A stretch of DNA of 64,000 nt, taken from Candidatus Woesearchaeota archaeon (lineage in GTDB: Archaea; Nanobdellota; Nanobdellia; Woesearchaeales; SKGA01). Below, piece after piece: positions 1-8,601 of this stretch. The notes under the pieces were generated by a model. That model was not told the origin of the DNA. It was given only the letters and a program-made list of their open reading frames with translations, and made no database searches. The DNA is taken from assembly GCA_016926395.1 (NCBI GenBank), contig JAFGOT010000010.1, positions 1 through 64,000 of the forward strand, in the 5' to 3' direction. How positions within the stretch are numbered: position 1 is the first letter of the stretch; every line of letters starts with the position of its first letter. The position numbers and the translations under genes are program-made.

Positions 1-2
1 AA

Positions 3-434
3 ACCAGCTAACATTTCAGAATTTAATATTGGATTAAGAAGAGCATTAAAAAATATAAATATTACAATGCCTGTAAAATTTTTAAAATTAATAAACTGTA
101 ACCTTTCAAACAAAAGCAGTATCAATAAAAACACTCCTGTAAAAACAAATGCCTGAAAATTTTTTTCTAGACTTATCATCCCAGTTCCAAATGGACCTAA
201 AATTGCAGTTACTACAAGAAGTAAAAAGAAAACTATTTTTTGTGCATCTTCACTTCCTGGACCTCTAAAGTGACCCTTTAGTATTCCTTTTATTTGTGAT
301 TTCGTTCCGTCTTTTAATGCTTGAATTTTGTTTTTGTATTTTTCTTTTATTCGTTCTTTTCTTTTCGCAATTGCTTCAGGACTATTATATGTATCACGTA
401 TGATTGTTATAGGGTTTATTTTACTAAGACTCAT
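3..434 (-). CDS. Multi-pass membrane protein, partial (runs off left edge; not in ORF track)
   Basis: Hand translation from ATG at 434, which overlaps the TGA of the upstream ORF as ATGA: MSLSKINPITIIRDTYNSPEAIAKRKERIKEKYKNKIQ... then hydrophobic segments (IVFFLLLVVTAILGPFG; FVFTGVFLLILLLF; IVIFIFFNALL). No stop before position 1. Confidence 0.75.
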   Translation of the reverse strand, partial: MSLSKINPITIIRDTYNSPEAIAKRKERIKEKYKNKIQALKDGTKSQIKGILKGHFRGPGSEDAQKIVFFLLLVVTAILGPFGTGMISLEKNFQAFVFTGVFLLILLLFERLQFINFKNFTGIVIFIFFNALLNPILNSEMLAG

Positions 435-1240
435 TTTTTCTTACCCCCAAACATCATAGCAATTAATAATATTATTTCCGGGACTGCATCTAAAACCATA
501 TCTCCTACAACAGGAATAACATTTCCAAAAGTTCCTACAACCAGTCCAAATATTAGGTCAAATAAGAAAAATTTCCATATATTAACATAAGCTCGCATAC
601 TAAACATCAGTATACAAGGTATTGCCCAAACAGCCGCAGATATTGCTAGTCCAATAAAATCACCAGCAAAGGGTATAGCAGCAACAGCAGAATCAATAAC
701 CATCATCCCAATTAAAAATAAAGGATTTGCAAATAATGCTACTAAAGGCGGCAGCGGTCTTCCACCATCTTCTTTCGCTAGCTCCTCTTGCTCTTGTGCT
801 TTTAATTCTGCTATTTGATTCTGAAGGTCTTCATTTGCTTTATGTATTGCTTCATCTTTTTCTGCTTTTTCTTGTGCTAATTCAGCTTGTCTTTCTTGAG
901 CCTCAGAATTATCAACATCAGCAGCTAGAGAATAACTTTCTTTTTTCGAAGCTTGTCTTCCGCCATGACCACCCATCGCTTGATGTGCTAAATCATGTCG
1001 TAATTTTTCAGCTTCTTCTTCAAATTCTTCCTCTTGACGATGAATATCTTTTTCGACATTTTCTAAGTCTTTTTTTTCTTTTGATAAATTTTCGTTTATA
1101 TCAGGACCATGAATATTTGGATATACTTTATCAGAATGATTTCTCCAATTACTATCAGTTATAACTTGATCTTTAACTTCTTTTAGAACCTTCTCTTTTA
1201 GTTTGTCTGCAAATTCAGTACCTAAAGAAGATTTAGCCAT
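431..1240 (-). CDS. Hypothetical protein: charged coiled-coil N-terminus, C-terminal multi-TM region
   Basis: 269-aa ORF with an E/K/Q-rich helical region, then 3-4 hydrophobic helices with repeated IP(F/V)xGD motifs. SD-like AGGT upstream; 10 bp from the preceding gene. Confidence 0.75.
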   Translation of the reverse strand: MAKSSLGTEFADKLKEKVLKEVKDQVITDSNWRNHSDKVYPNIHGPDINENLSKEKKDLENVEKDIHRQEEEFEEEAEKLRHDLAHQAMGGHGGRQASKKESYSLAADVDNSEAQERQAELAQEKAEKDEAIHKANEDLQNQIAELKAQEQEELAKEDGGRPLPPLVALFANPLFLIGMMVIDSAVAAIPFAGDFIGLAISAAVWAIPCILMFSMRAYVNIWKFFLFDLIFGLVVGTFGNVIPVVGDMVLDAVPEIILLIAMMFGGKKK

Positions 1241-1250
1241 AATAATTTAC

Positions 1251-2933
1251 CTACTCAATTGTAATTTTTATTCGCGCGATGTTGGTGTCTTTTCTTGGTT
1301 CAATTATCAAGGAGTTCGTTCCTTCTCGCACTAGTTGATTAATATTTTTTCTAACTCTAAGAGAATAAGTATCAACAGGGATAGTTCCACCATTAATATT
1401 AAAATCTATTTTTTTGAACGCTTCATCGACAAAGAATGCTTCCATTATAATATCGACTCCTGCTTTTAGTTTTATATCGCCTTCAGTTGGATCTATTTCT
1501 ATATGACAGTTAGGTTTTTGTCTATCTTCATTGTAGTAACCATCAGGACATGCATCGCATTCGGATTGTGTTACGCTTTGAGTACATACACTGTCCATTC
1601 CAACGTAAGGAACATCAGAACACCAAAATGCACCATCCAATTCTTGGTAACAACAGTCTTTATCATACAATCTTGAACAACCACTTGGACAAAATCCGTC
1701 TTTATCATCTCCACATTCACCAATCCCTGAGTCTGGAGCTTTTCCTGCAGTATCTTCATATCCGCTTGGACATCGTTCTAAATAGTCTGCCAGTAGTGAA
1801 TTCACACATCTATCATTTGGATTATTTGTTTTTACATCACACCAATAATTTCTGTTTGATTTGTCAAAACAACAATCTTTATCTTCATAACTTTCACAAT
1901 TTGTTGGACAAACACCATCAACTCGTCCGCAAAATGCTTCTTCATCAGTTACCACTGTAAATAGTTCTTCAGGTAAGTCAAAATAGTAAATTGGATTTTC
2001 AACTTGATCTAATTTTGTTTTTAAAATTAAGTGGTCAACAGTATAACTTCCTTTTTCAGAAACAAAATAAATGTCATTTTCTCCTGCTTGTAAAGATTCA
2101 TTTGTTAAAGTTACAAAATTTGTCATTCCACAATCAGGCGTTCCATAATAAACTGTTTTTCCATTTATTCTAATCATTAGATTTTCTACATCATCATATG
2201 TACAGTCAGGAAAGAATTTTAGTGTCGCCGATTCAAGCAGATCATATTCTTTTTTTGCTAAGTATGCTTTTTGCATATTAAAGCTATTAGAATCATCAGT
2301 TATATCTCCAACCAGTTTTAAGTTGTGTATCTCGTATTGATTTACTCTCCAAAATGCAACTCCAGGGCTTGATACAGTAAAGTATAAAATATTATCATTT
2401 TTCAATAAATCTTTGTTAATTTTTATTGGAGCAATATTTCCTGCATTTAATGTTCCTTCAAAAATCAATACGCCATTTAAATAAATGTTTAGCTGACCAC
2501 TTGGTCTATAAGTATCAAAAGATAGGTAAACGTTATCCGTTTTAAGTTTATCAAGGGTGAATTCTAATGTTTTGTCTTTTTGTTCGAAAGCAGAATTTTT
2601 CACATAAATAGATGGTTCTTGTAATATCATTGAAGCATCAATGGTTGTAAATACTGTAAAACTAGACAAGGCATGGTCAATTTCTGTTTCGTCTATTGAG
2701 GATACTTTTCCAACATTTTCATCAAATACTGAAGTGTAAAGTAAATGTGAATATCCCCCAGATACTGCGTTTGGTGTTCCAATCGTGCTACTATCGTCTA
2801 ACAAGGCCGCTCTATCTGCTGGAGGCAGAAATAAGATATATAGAACGAATAAAACGCCTATTAACAACACTAAAAATGCTGCTCCGTTTGCGCCACCTGG
2901 AGAAACCGCTTGAGCTTTATTATTACGCACCAT
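1251..2933 (-). CDS. Prepilin-like (KAQ) surface protein with beta-rich domains and a tandem Cys-rich insert
   Basis: N-terminus MVRNNKA/QAVS followed by a hydrophobic helix; repeated INGK/LNGV beta-strand motifs; two ~70-aa Cys-rich repeats. SD AAGGTG upstream. Confidence 0.65.
   Translation of the reverse strand: MVRNNKAQAVSPGGANGAAFLVLLIGVLFVLYILFLPPADRAALLDDSSTIGTPNAVSGGYSHLLYTSVFDENVGKVSSIDETEIDHALSSFTVFTTIDASMILQEPSIYVKNSAFEQKDKTLEFTLDKLKTDNVYLSFDTYRPSGQLNIYLNGVLIFEGTLNAGNIAPIKINKDLLKNDNILYFTVSSPGVAFWRVNQYEIHNLKLVGDITDDSNSFNMQKAYLAKKEYDLLESATLKFFPDCTYDDVENLMIRINGKTVYYGTPDCGMTNFVTLTNESLQAGENDIYFVSEKGSYTVDHLILKTKLDQVENPIYYFDLPEELFTVVTDEEAFCGRVDGVCPTNCESYEDKDCCFDKSNRNYWCDVKTNNPNDRCVNSLLADYLERCPSGYEDTAGKAPDSGIGECGDDKDGFCPSGCSRLYDKDCCYQELDGAFWCSDVPYVGMDSVCTQSVTQSECDACPDGYYNEDRQKPNCHIEIDPTEGDIKLKAGVDIIMEAFFVDEAFKKIDFNINGGTIPVDTYSLRVRKNINQLVREGTNSLIIEPRKDTNIARIKITIE
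1505..1931 (-). repeat. Two tandem ~70-aa Cys-rich protein repeats
   Basis: CGRVDGVCPTNCESYEDKDCC...WC...CPSGY and CGDDKDGFCPSGCSRLYDKDCC...WC...CPDGY. Confidence 0.8.
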
Positions 2934-3005
2934 TTGTTTAACACCTTTAACAATAAACTACACTGTAGTTCGAACACCTATGCAATACTATTTTTTAGAA
3001 GATAC

Positions 3006-3016
3006 AGTATTTAAAG
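3006..3016 (-). promoter_or_regulatory. TATA-box variant CTTTAAATACT upstream of the KAQ gene operon
   Basis: The exact 11-mer also occurs at 16141, 22498 and 26127, each intergenic and upstream of a minus-strand surface gene. Confidence 0.6.
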
Positions 3017-3143
3017 CTTTTGGCTAAAAAACGCCAATTTGGGCATTAAAAAAGAATTAAAGAAAAAAAATAAGAAAAAAGTAAATTTTGCCCTTGTAGA
3101 CTTTATCCAGCAAAAATTTAACAAATAAAAACCATCAATTGGT

Positions 3144-4229
3144 TTATGGTAGCCAAGATTTTTTGTCTTTGATTTTTTCTGGCAAGTACTTATCCATAAC
3201 CATGTTTAAACCGTGAGCTGCAAACGCCTGCTGTTCCACACGCATTTTTGTTTTTGCCATCTGTTGAAGTGCTTTTTGCCATTCTTTGTGTTCTTTTATG
3301 AATGGATCGTTCTTTATCATATCCTTAATTTTCTTTAAGTCAATATCTTTTAAAGGATGCGTGGGTAAATCATACGTTTCGATATCTCCAGGCGTCACTC
3401 CCAAAAATATTGCTTTTGGAACGCAAAAAAATTCATTTATGTGAGCTGCATTTCCACTCCCTACTTTTAGTGTTCGATAAATGTTCCCGTATCCATATGG
3501 ATCTCCATCAGTAAATACATATACTGGAAGATTCTTATCGTCACTTAATTTTCTGATAAATCGTCGACAAGCTCTTGTAGGAACACCACTCATTGCAATT
3601 AAAATACAATTAGCTTTTTGCCAATATTTATGCCTGTTAAGTCGTTCAAATGCGCCTTGAGTTTCTATTGCTAAAATAAATTCTGCATTAGTTTCAAATT
3701 TTAAATGTTCAACACTGCTTGGAATACTATAAGCTCCACTTCCAAATTTTGTACAATCAATTCTTAGTTTTGATTTTGTTTCAAAATCTTCATCAATAAC
3801 AGTTAGTGAACCAGCAACACTTCCACCATGTTCGCCAGGAATAAAACCCATTTGCTCCCTATTCACAGATAACATTGCTTCGATGTCATCCATCACCGCA
3901 TCACTTTCTGGTTGTTCGCTGAATCTAGCATCTCCCCAGTTTTTAGAAACATAATAAGCCTCTCTTTTTGTCGCAGTATCTTCACTTTGAACTAGGTCTT
4001 TTGACAAAGCCATCATTCGTAGTGTTTGTGCAAATGTTTTAATTGTACTCGCTGTTAGTGTTCTCTTTTTAACACTGTCTTGAATTTTAAAATAACCTTC
4101 TGCCTTATCAAATGCAACGTTACTTAATGAACGAACAGGTGTTAAAAGCGAAGGTGCATTGTAACTTTTAATGTCATCTAGTATTTCTCTAGCTATCTTA
4201 TCTATTTTTTCGGATACTTTTTCTGCCAT
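3144..4229 (-). CDS. top6A: DNA topoisomerase VI subunit A
   Basis: TKREAYY catalytic-Tyr region; TOPRIM motifs LAIETQGAFERL and FTDGDPYG; C-terminal EQQA; coupled to top6B. Confidence 0.97.
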   Translation of the reverse strand: MAEKVSEKIDKIAREILDDIKSYNAPSLLTPVRSLSNVAFDKAEGYFKIQDSVKKRTLTASTIKTFAQTLRMMALSKDLVQSEDTATKREAYYVSKNWGDARFSEQPESDAVMDDIEAMLSVNREQMGFIPGEHGGSVAGSLTVIDEDFETKSKLRIDCTKFGSGAYSIPSSVEHLKFETNAEFILAIETQGAFERLNRHKYWQKANCILIAMSGVPTRACRRFIRKLSDDKNLPVYVFTDGDPYGYGNIYRTLKVGSGNAAHINEFFCVPKAIFLGVTPGDIETYDLPTHPLKDIDLKKIKDMIKNDPFIKEHKEWQKALQQMAKTKMRVEQQAFAAHGLNMVMDKYLPEKIKDKKSWLP

Positions 4230-5950
4230 CAGTAATCATCCTCCGATTTCCGTTTACCAGAACGCGGTTCATCACTAAGCCCGTCGTCTTCTTCATCAGG
4301 ATCTTCATCATCACTTTCTTTTCCGATTTTTGCCCACTCAGCGTCATACTCAGTATTTTTAGTAGGATCAAATTCCATGGAATCTACTTGTCCCCTTTTG
4401 TGTTCAAGAATTTCTTCCAGTTTCCTCATTATTTCTTCTTCATCGCCTTTGTTTAACTTCAAAAGTTCTGTCAACCCAATTGCGACATGAGTCATATATT
4501 TTTGAATGAAACTTCTTTTTTTCAGTTCAGTTTTTACTTTTGCTTTCTTTGCAGTATACTTTGACAATTCTCGTCCTGCTTCTTGAAGAGCTTTTCTTAT
4601 TTCATCAAGTATTTCTGGGTAGTGAGCAATTGCTTCTTTACTTTCACTTGTGAAAGGAACCCAAACAGAAGATATGTGAACTAATATTGTTATAGGTCCA
4701 ACTGGCAGAGAACCATTTGATTGATTTAGTCCATAAGGTTTCCAGTTTATCGATTGAATTGCTTTTGTAACACCACAAGCACCTTGTTGGAATAATAATG
4801 GAACTCTATTTGCAAAACGCATAACATTAGCTTGTTTATCTTTTGGTTGATCTCCACCATATGCAAGAGCAACTTCTATCTGAAAAGGATTGCCTCTATA
4901 AACAGCCGGAGGACGCGATACTGTTGAATAAAATTCTGCATTGATTTCTTTTTTAATTCCTTTTTCAAGCAACGGTGCTGTGATTGGAGAAATACAGTCA
5001 GTTGATGGTGCATGTATTTTTACTTCTTTAATTGCTTTAACTAATTTTTCTGCATCATCATGTGTTAGTTTTTTAGGTTTTGCATTAGGTTGTATTCTTG
5101 CAATCTCGCAGACTTCTTTTACAACTTTAGGACTCACTTTACTAAATTCAGTTGTTAAGAATTGCTGTAGTGTTTTTGAGTCTGTCATCTCAAGCATTTT
5201 CATAAAAACGCCAAGTTCAACTCCATAGGGATGTGGTTTTATTTCTTGAGCAGGTTCAGGAATCTGATCTGTTGCTCTTGGAAAAATAAGTTGTTCTGCT
5301 TTTGGATTTGTATAAATTATTGTTACATGTGGATTAACAACTGCCGTTTCTTTTAAGTACTCGTCAACACTTTGTGCTCCTTTTTGGTAGCTTCCTTCTA
5401 AATCTATTTGAATTTTTGTTCCGTGATCTTTATTCCACTCTCGTTCTCCATCGCTAACTATTTCTGCTCTGTTTTTTGCAGTGTCTATTTTTAACTCACA
5501 TTGATATGCAGGTCTATCAGGATGAATTTTTGAAATTATTTTTGCTGCTCGACCAGTTGTTAATTGGCCATACATTACACTTGCACTAATTCCAATACCT
5601 TGCTGACCTCGAGATTGTTTTAAACTATGAAATTTACTTCCATAAAGAAGTCTTGCAAAAATATGAGGAACTTGTTCTTTTACTATTCCAGGACCATTAT
5701 CTTCAATTATTACTCTATATCGGTCATTTCCCATCTCGATTATTTCTACAGCTATTTCTGGAGAGATGTTTGCTTCCTCACACGCGTCAAGAGAGTTGTC
5801 AACTGCTTCTTTTATTGTAGTCAGTAATGATTTTCTTTTGTTATCAAAGCCAAGAAGATGACGGTTTTTTGCGAAAAACTCAGCTACCCCTATATCTCTT
5901 TGCTTAGTTGCTAATTCCTCTGCTTTTATGTTTGAAGAAATTTTATTCAA
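4229..5950 (-). CDS. top6B: DNA topoisomerase VI subunit B
   Basis: GHKL motifs [34 protein letters not shown]; H2TH and transducer regions ([19 protein letters not shown]). True start may be ATT at 5941 (see findings). Confidence 0.97.
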   Translation of the reverse strand: MNKISSNIKAEELATKQRDIGVAEFFAKNRHLLGFDNKRKSLLTTIKEAVDNSLDACEEANISPEIAVEIIEMGNDRYRVIIEDNGPGIVKEQVPHIFARLLYGSKFHSLKQSRGQQGIGISASVMYGQLTTGRAAKIISKIHPDRPAYQCELKIDTAKNRAEIVSDGEREWNKDHGTKIQIDLEGSYQKGAQSVDEYLKETAVVNPHVTIIYTNPKAEQLIFPRATDQIPEPAQEIKPHPYGVELGVFMKMLEMTDSKTLQQFLTTEFSKVSPKVVKEVCEIARIQPNAKPKKLTHDDAEKLVKAIKEVKIHAPSTDCISPITAPLLEKGIKKEINAEFYSTVSRPPAVYRGNPFQIEVALAYGGDQPKDKQANVMRFANRVPLLFQQGACGVTKAIQSINWKPYGLNQSNGSLPVGPITILVHISSVWVPFTSESKEAIAHYPEILDEIRKALQEAGRELSKYTAKKAKVKTELKKRSFIQKYMTHVAIGLTELLKLNKGDEEEIMRKLEEILEHKRGQVDSMEFDPTKNTEYDAEWAKIGKESDDEDPDEEDDGLSDEPRSGKRKSEDDY

Positions 5951-6126
5951 CCTCCATTTTTGCCTTTTTCACACTTTTCTTAGAAAACATTTCAAATCTA
6001 GGTACCAAAAAATTGCTTTTAAAGGTATCGATTTTAACATTTGAATATCTTCAAATAAGTCAAATTCACTTTTAAATCAGACATAATTTATTTAAAGTTA
6101 AATCAATTTGTCTATTAATACAAAAA

Positions 6127-7230
6127 ATGGTTTTTTCAATATTTAAAACTAAAAAAGAGACCGTAACAGAGCAAACTAGACCTGTAAATATTAAAGAACT
6201 AGAAAGAAAATTAAGAATTAAATTCCCAAAAGTCTATGATTTAACCCAAGAGGAAGTCAGTAAACTTAAAGAAGAACAAAGGATTTATGAGGAAAGTCTA
6301 AATCCAAAAACACAAGCAAATACCCCTTCTTTGAATAATTATAGTCATAAAATTCCAGAAGAAACAACAAAGCTTGCTTCTATAGAAGACTCTTCTTCAA
6401 ATTATATGAACAAACCAAGCATAGAAGAATATAAAGAAATTATGAGAATTAGAAATGAAGCGAAAAACAATGGTTGGTCAAAAGAAGAACAGAAAGATTG
6501 GGAACAACTATTAGTTAAAGAAGATGAGCATAATAAAAAAACCAAAGTTGGACAAATTCTATCTGGTTTAAAGTTACACTCAGAAAATAACTCTGCAAAC
6601 TTAGATCAATTATTAGATAAAAGGTCTCAACCAATTATGGATAAACTTGAATTTTTTGGAGTTCCAAGAATAACTGTTGGTACTGAAATGTATCACAAGT
6701 TAGCTACATATCAATCATTTACAATTAATGAAAAATCAGACAAGCCTATTGAAGAGAAAGAATCTATTTTCTATGAATTTGTTAAGCATAACGCTAACGG
6801 ACAAAAATCTTTGCTAGATATAGTATCTGATTTTGAATCAACAATAAATATTCTTACAACCAGTTTTGAAAAAATATTAGAATTAGAAGAAAGTTATGTT
6901 CCAAATAAAGTAAAGGGAAATTATAAAAAAAGACAAGAGGCATTTGAAAAGTCTAAAAAATATATTATAGATAATAATTTAGAAAATGGCTTTATTATTC
7001 TTGACGAATACAAAGCCAAAACACATCGTGTGAAAAAGGATGGCTCTCACTCTTATCGTAAAATGCCTGGCACAATAATTAAACTTAGAAAAAGAACCAA
7101 TCCTGATGAAATACTTGCAAAAAAATTTAACAATGACAAAACAAACGGTAACGGTTTAGATTTATCTTTTTGTAATTCAACGCAAGATATTACTAATTTA
7201 ATGCATTTAAATTATATGTTTAAAAATTAA
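6127..7230 (+). CDS. Hypothetical soluble protein (ORFan-like)
   Basis: 367-aa K/E/N-rich ORF with a TTTAAA box ~35 nt upstream. No motif recognised. Confidence 0.7.
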   Translation: MVFSIFKTKKETVTEQTRPVNIKELERKLRIKFPKVYDLTQEEVSKLKEEQRIYEESLNPKTQANTPSLNNYSHKIPEETTKLASIEDSSSNYMNKPSIEEYKEIMRIRNEAKNNGWSKEEQKDWEQLLVKEDEHNKKTKVGQILSGLKLHSENNSANLDQLLDKRSQPIMDKLEFFGVPRITVGTEMYHKLATYQSFTINEKSDKPIEEKESIFYEFVKHNANGQKSLLDIVSDFESTINILTTSFEKILELEESYVPNKVKGNYKKRQEAFEKSKKYIIDNNLENGFIILDEYKAKTHRVKKDGSHSYRKMPGTIIKLRKRTNPDEILAKKFNNDKTNGNGLDLSFCNSTQDITNLMHLNYMFKN

Positions 7231-8601
7231 TCAAATCATATCATTTATACTAAAGTCATTTAAGTTAGGATCTTTGTTTTGAACTTCTTCTTCAGTTGGT
7301 CTTTGAGCTTCATAATCTGGAACTCCAAGATAATCCTTTAGTCCTTCTTGATTGTCGTTTTCCATGTAACCTTTTATTTTTGATAATTGCGTAAATTGAT
7401 TACATAATTGGACGTTTTCAGGCAAGGTAATCTCTGAACACAAATCACTATCTCCAAGCATTACAAAATTCATATAACAATCTTCTTTCCTATCTTTGGT
7501 TTCGATTAGATTACAAATTTCTGATTCTTGATTTTGTTGTGCTACAGTGTAATAACACTCTGTTTTCAATGCATTATCACTTATTGCAGTACAATAACTC
7601 AATGCTTCATCTTTGCTGTTTTGATTTATTGCATAATCAAATAAGTCTTCATCATCTCTTCCTTTTGCATCTGCTGCTTTTGGTTTTTCAACTTGAGTAT
7701 TTGGTTTATTTTCTGTCGTGTCATGATTTTTGGTGGTTGTTTCTGGTGGGTTTGTTTCTTTTGGCTCGTCAGGAACTTTTGGAACTATATCTTCAGGGTT
7801 TGCTTGATAACTAAAACTAAAAGAAGATTCAGCATATTTTCCACCATAAGTAGCGCTTACTTCTAATCTATACAAACCTGATTCGTAACCGTCCAAGTCA
7901 ATTCTCTCAATCCATTCTTTTGACGTATCAAATGATTTTGTATTTTCAATTTTATCAACTATTTTACTATCGCCATCACGTATGATATAATCTACAAATA
8001 CATCAACCTCTCCATTTTCTCCTTGATTGATTAGTTCTACAGAAAAACTTAATGGCTCGCCTTCTTTGATTTGTTTTTTTATAGGGGTTGCAGTTACATC
8101 AAGAAGTTTATTTGAACTTCCAGAACCAAACAATAAATCTTGTGCAAAATAATATCCACCGCCAACAATTAAAGCCACAATTATTAACATCATTCCAAGT
8201 TTGGCAATTGAAGAACCTGAAATGGAATGCTCATGCAAAATAGAAGATTGCATGTTGCCTTGGTAATATTGGGTGTTAATTTGAGAAAGTACTTCTTTTA
8301 ACATTTTAGGGTCATAACCTTGACCTTTAAGATATTCAAATAATTGATCCGGTTGATACCCTTGTTGTAGGTAAGTTAGAACGTAAGAAGTAAGTTGTGT
8401 TCTTATTGCATCTTGAGAAACTTGCGTTTGAGCAACGTTTTGAGCTTGTGTTTGAGGAGCTTGTTGTCCTTGATTTAATTCTGTTAAAGCGTTGTCAACA
8501 TCGTTTGAATTATATCCTTGTTGAATTAAATATTGTTTAATCTGCGAACTAGTGTAACCATTTTTTAACTGTGCTTCTATATATTGTGCAAGCGGCGTCA
8601 T
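7231..8601 (-). CDS. Single-pass membrane protein: cytoplasmic helical repeats, Ig/CARDB-like domain, Cys repeats
   Basis: Two copies of YI..QL.xGY..xQ(I/L)..YL..QGY; TM LGMMLIIVALIVGGGYYF; beta-sandwich (FSVELINQG...GLYRLEVSATYG); P/T linker; C..I....K..CY repeats. Confidence 0.7.
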   Translation of the reverse strand: MTPLAQYIEAQLKNGYTSSQIKQYLIQQGYNSNDVDNALTELNQGQQAPQTQAQNVAQTQVSQDAIRTQLTSYVLTYLQQGYQPDQLFEYLKGQGYDPKMLKEVLSQINTQYYQGNMQSSILHEHSISGSSIAKLGMMLIIVALIVGGGYYFAQDLLFGSGSSNKLLDVTATPIKKQIKEGEPLSFSVELINQGENGEVDVFVDYIIRDGDSKIVDKIENTKSFDTSKEWIERIDLDGYESGLYRLEVSATYGGKYAESSFSFSYQANPEDIVPKVPDEPKETNPPETTTKNHDTTENKPNTQVEKPKAADAKGRDDEDLFDYAINQNSKDEALSYCTAISDNALKTECYYTVAQQNQESEICNLIETKDRKEDCYMNFVMLGDSDLCSEITLPENVQLCNQFTQLSKIKGYMENDNQEGLKDYLGVPDYEAQRPTEEEVQNKDPNLNDFSINDMI

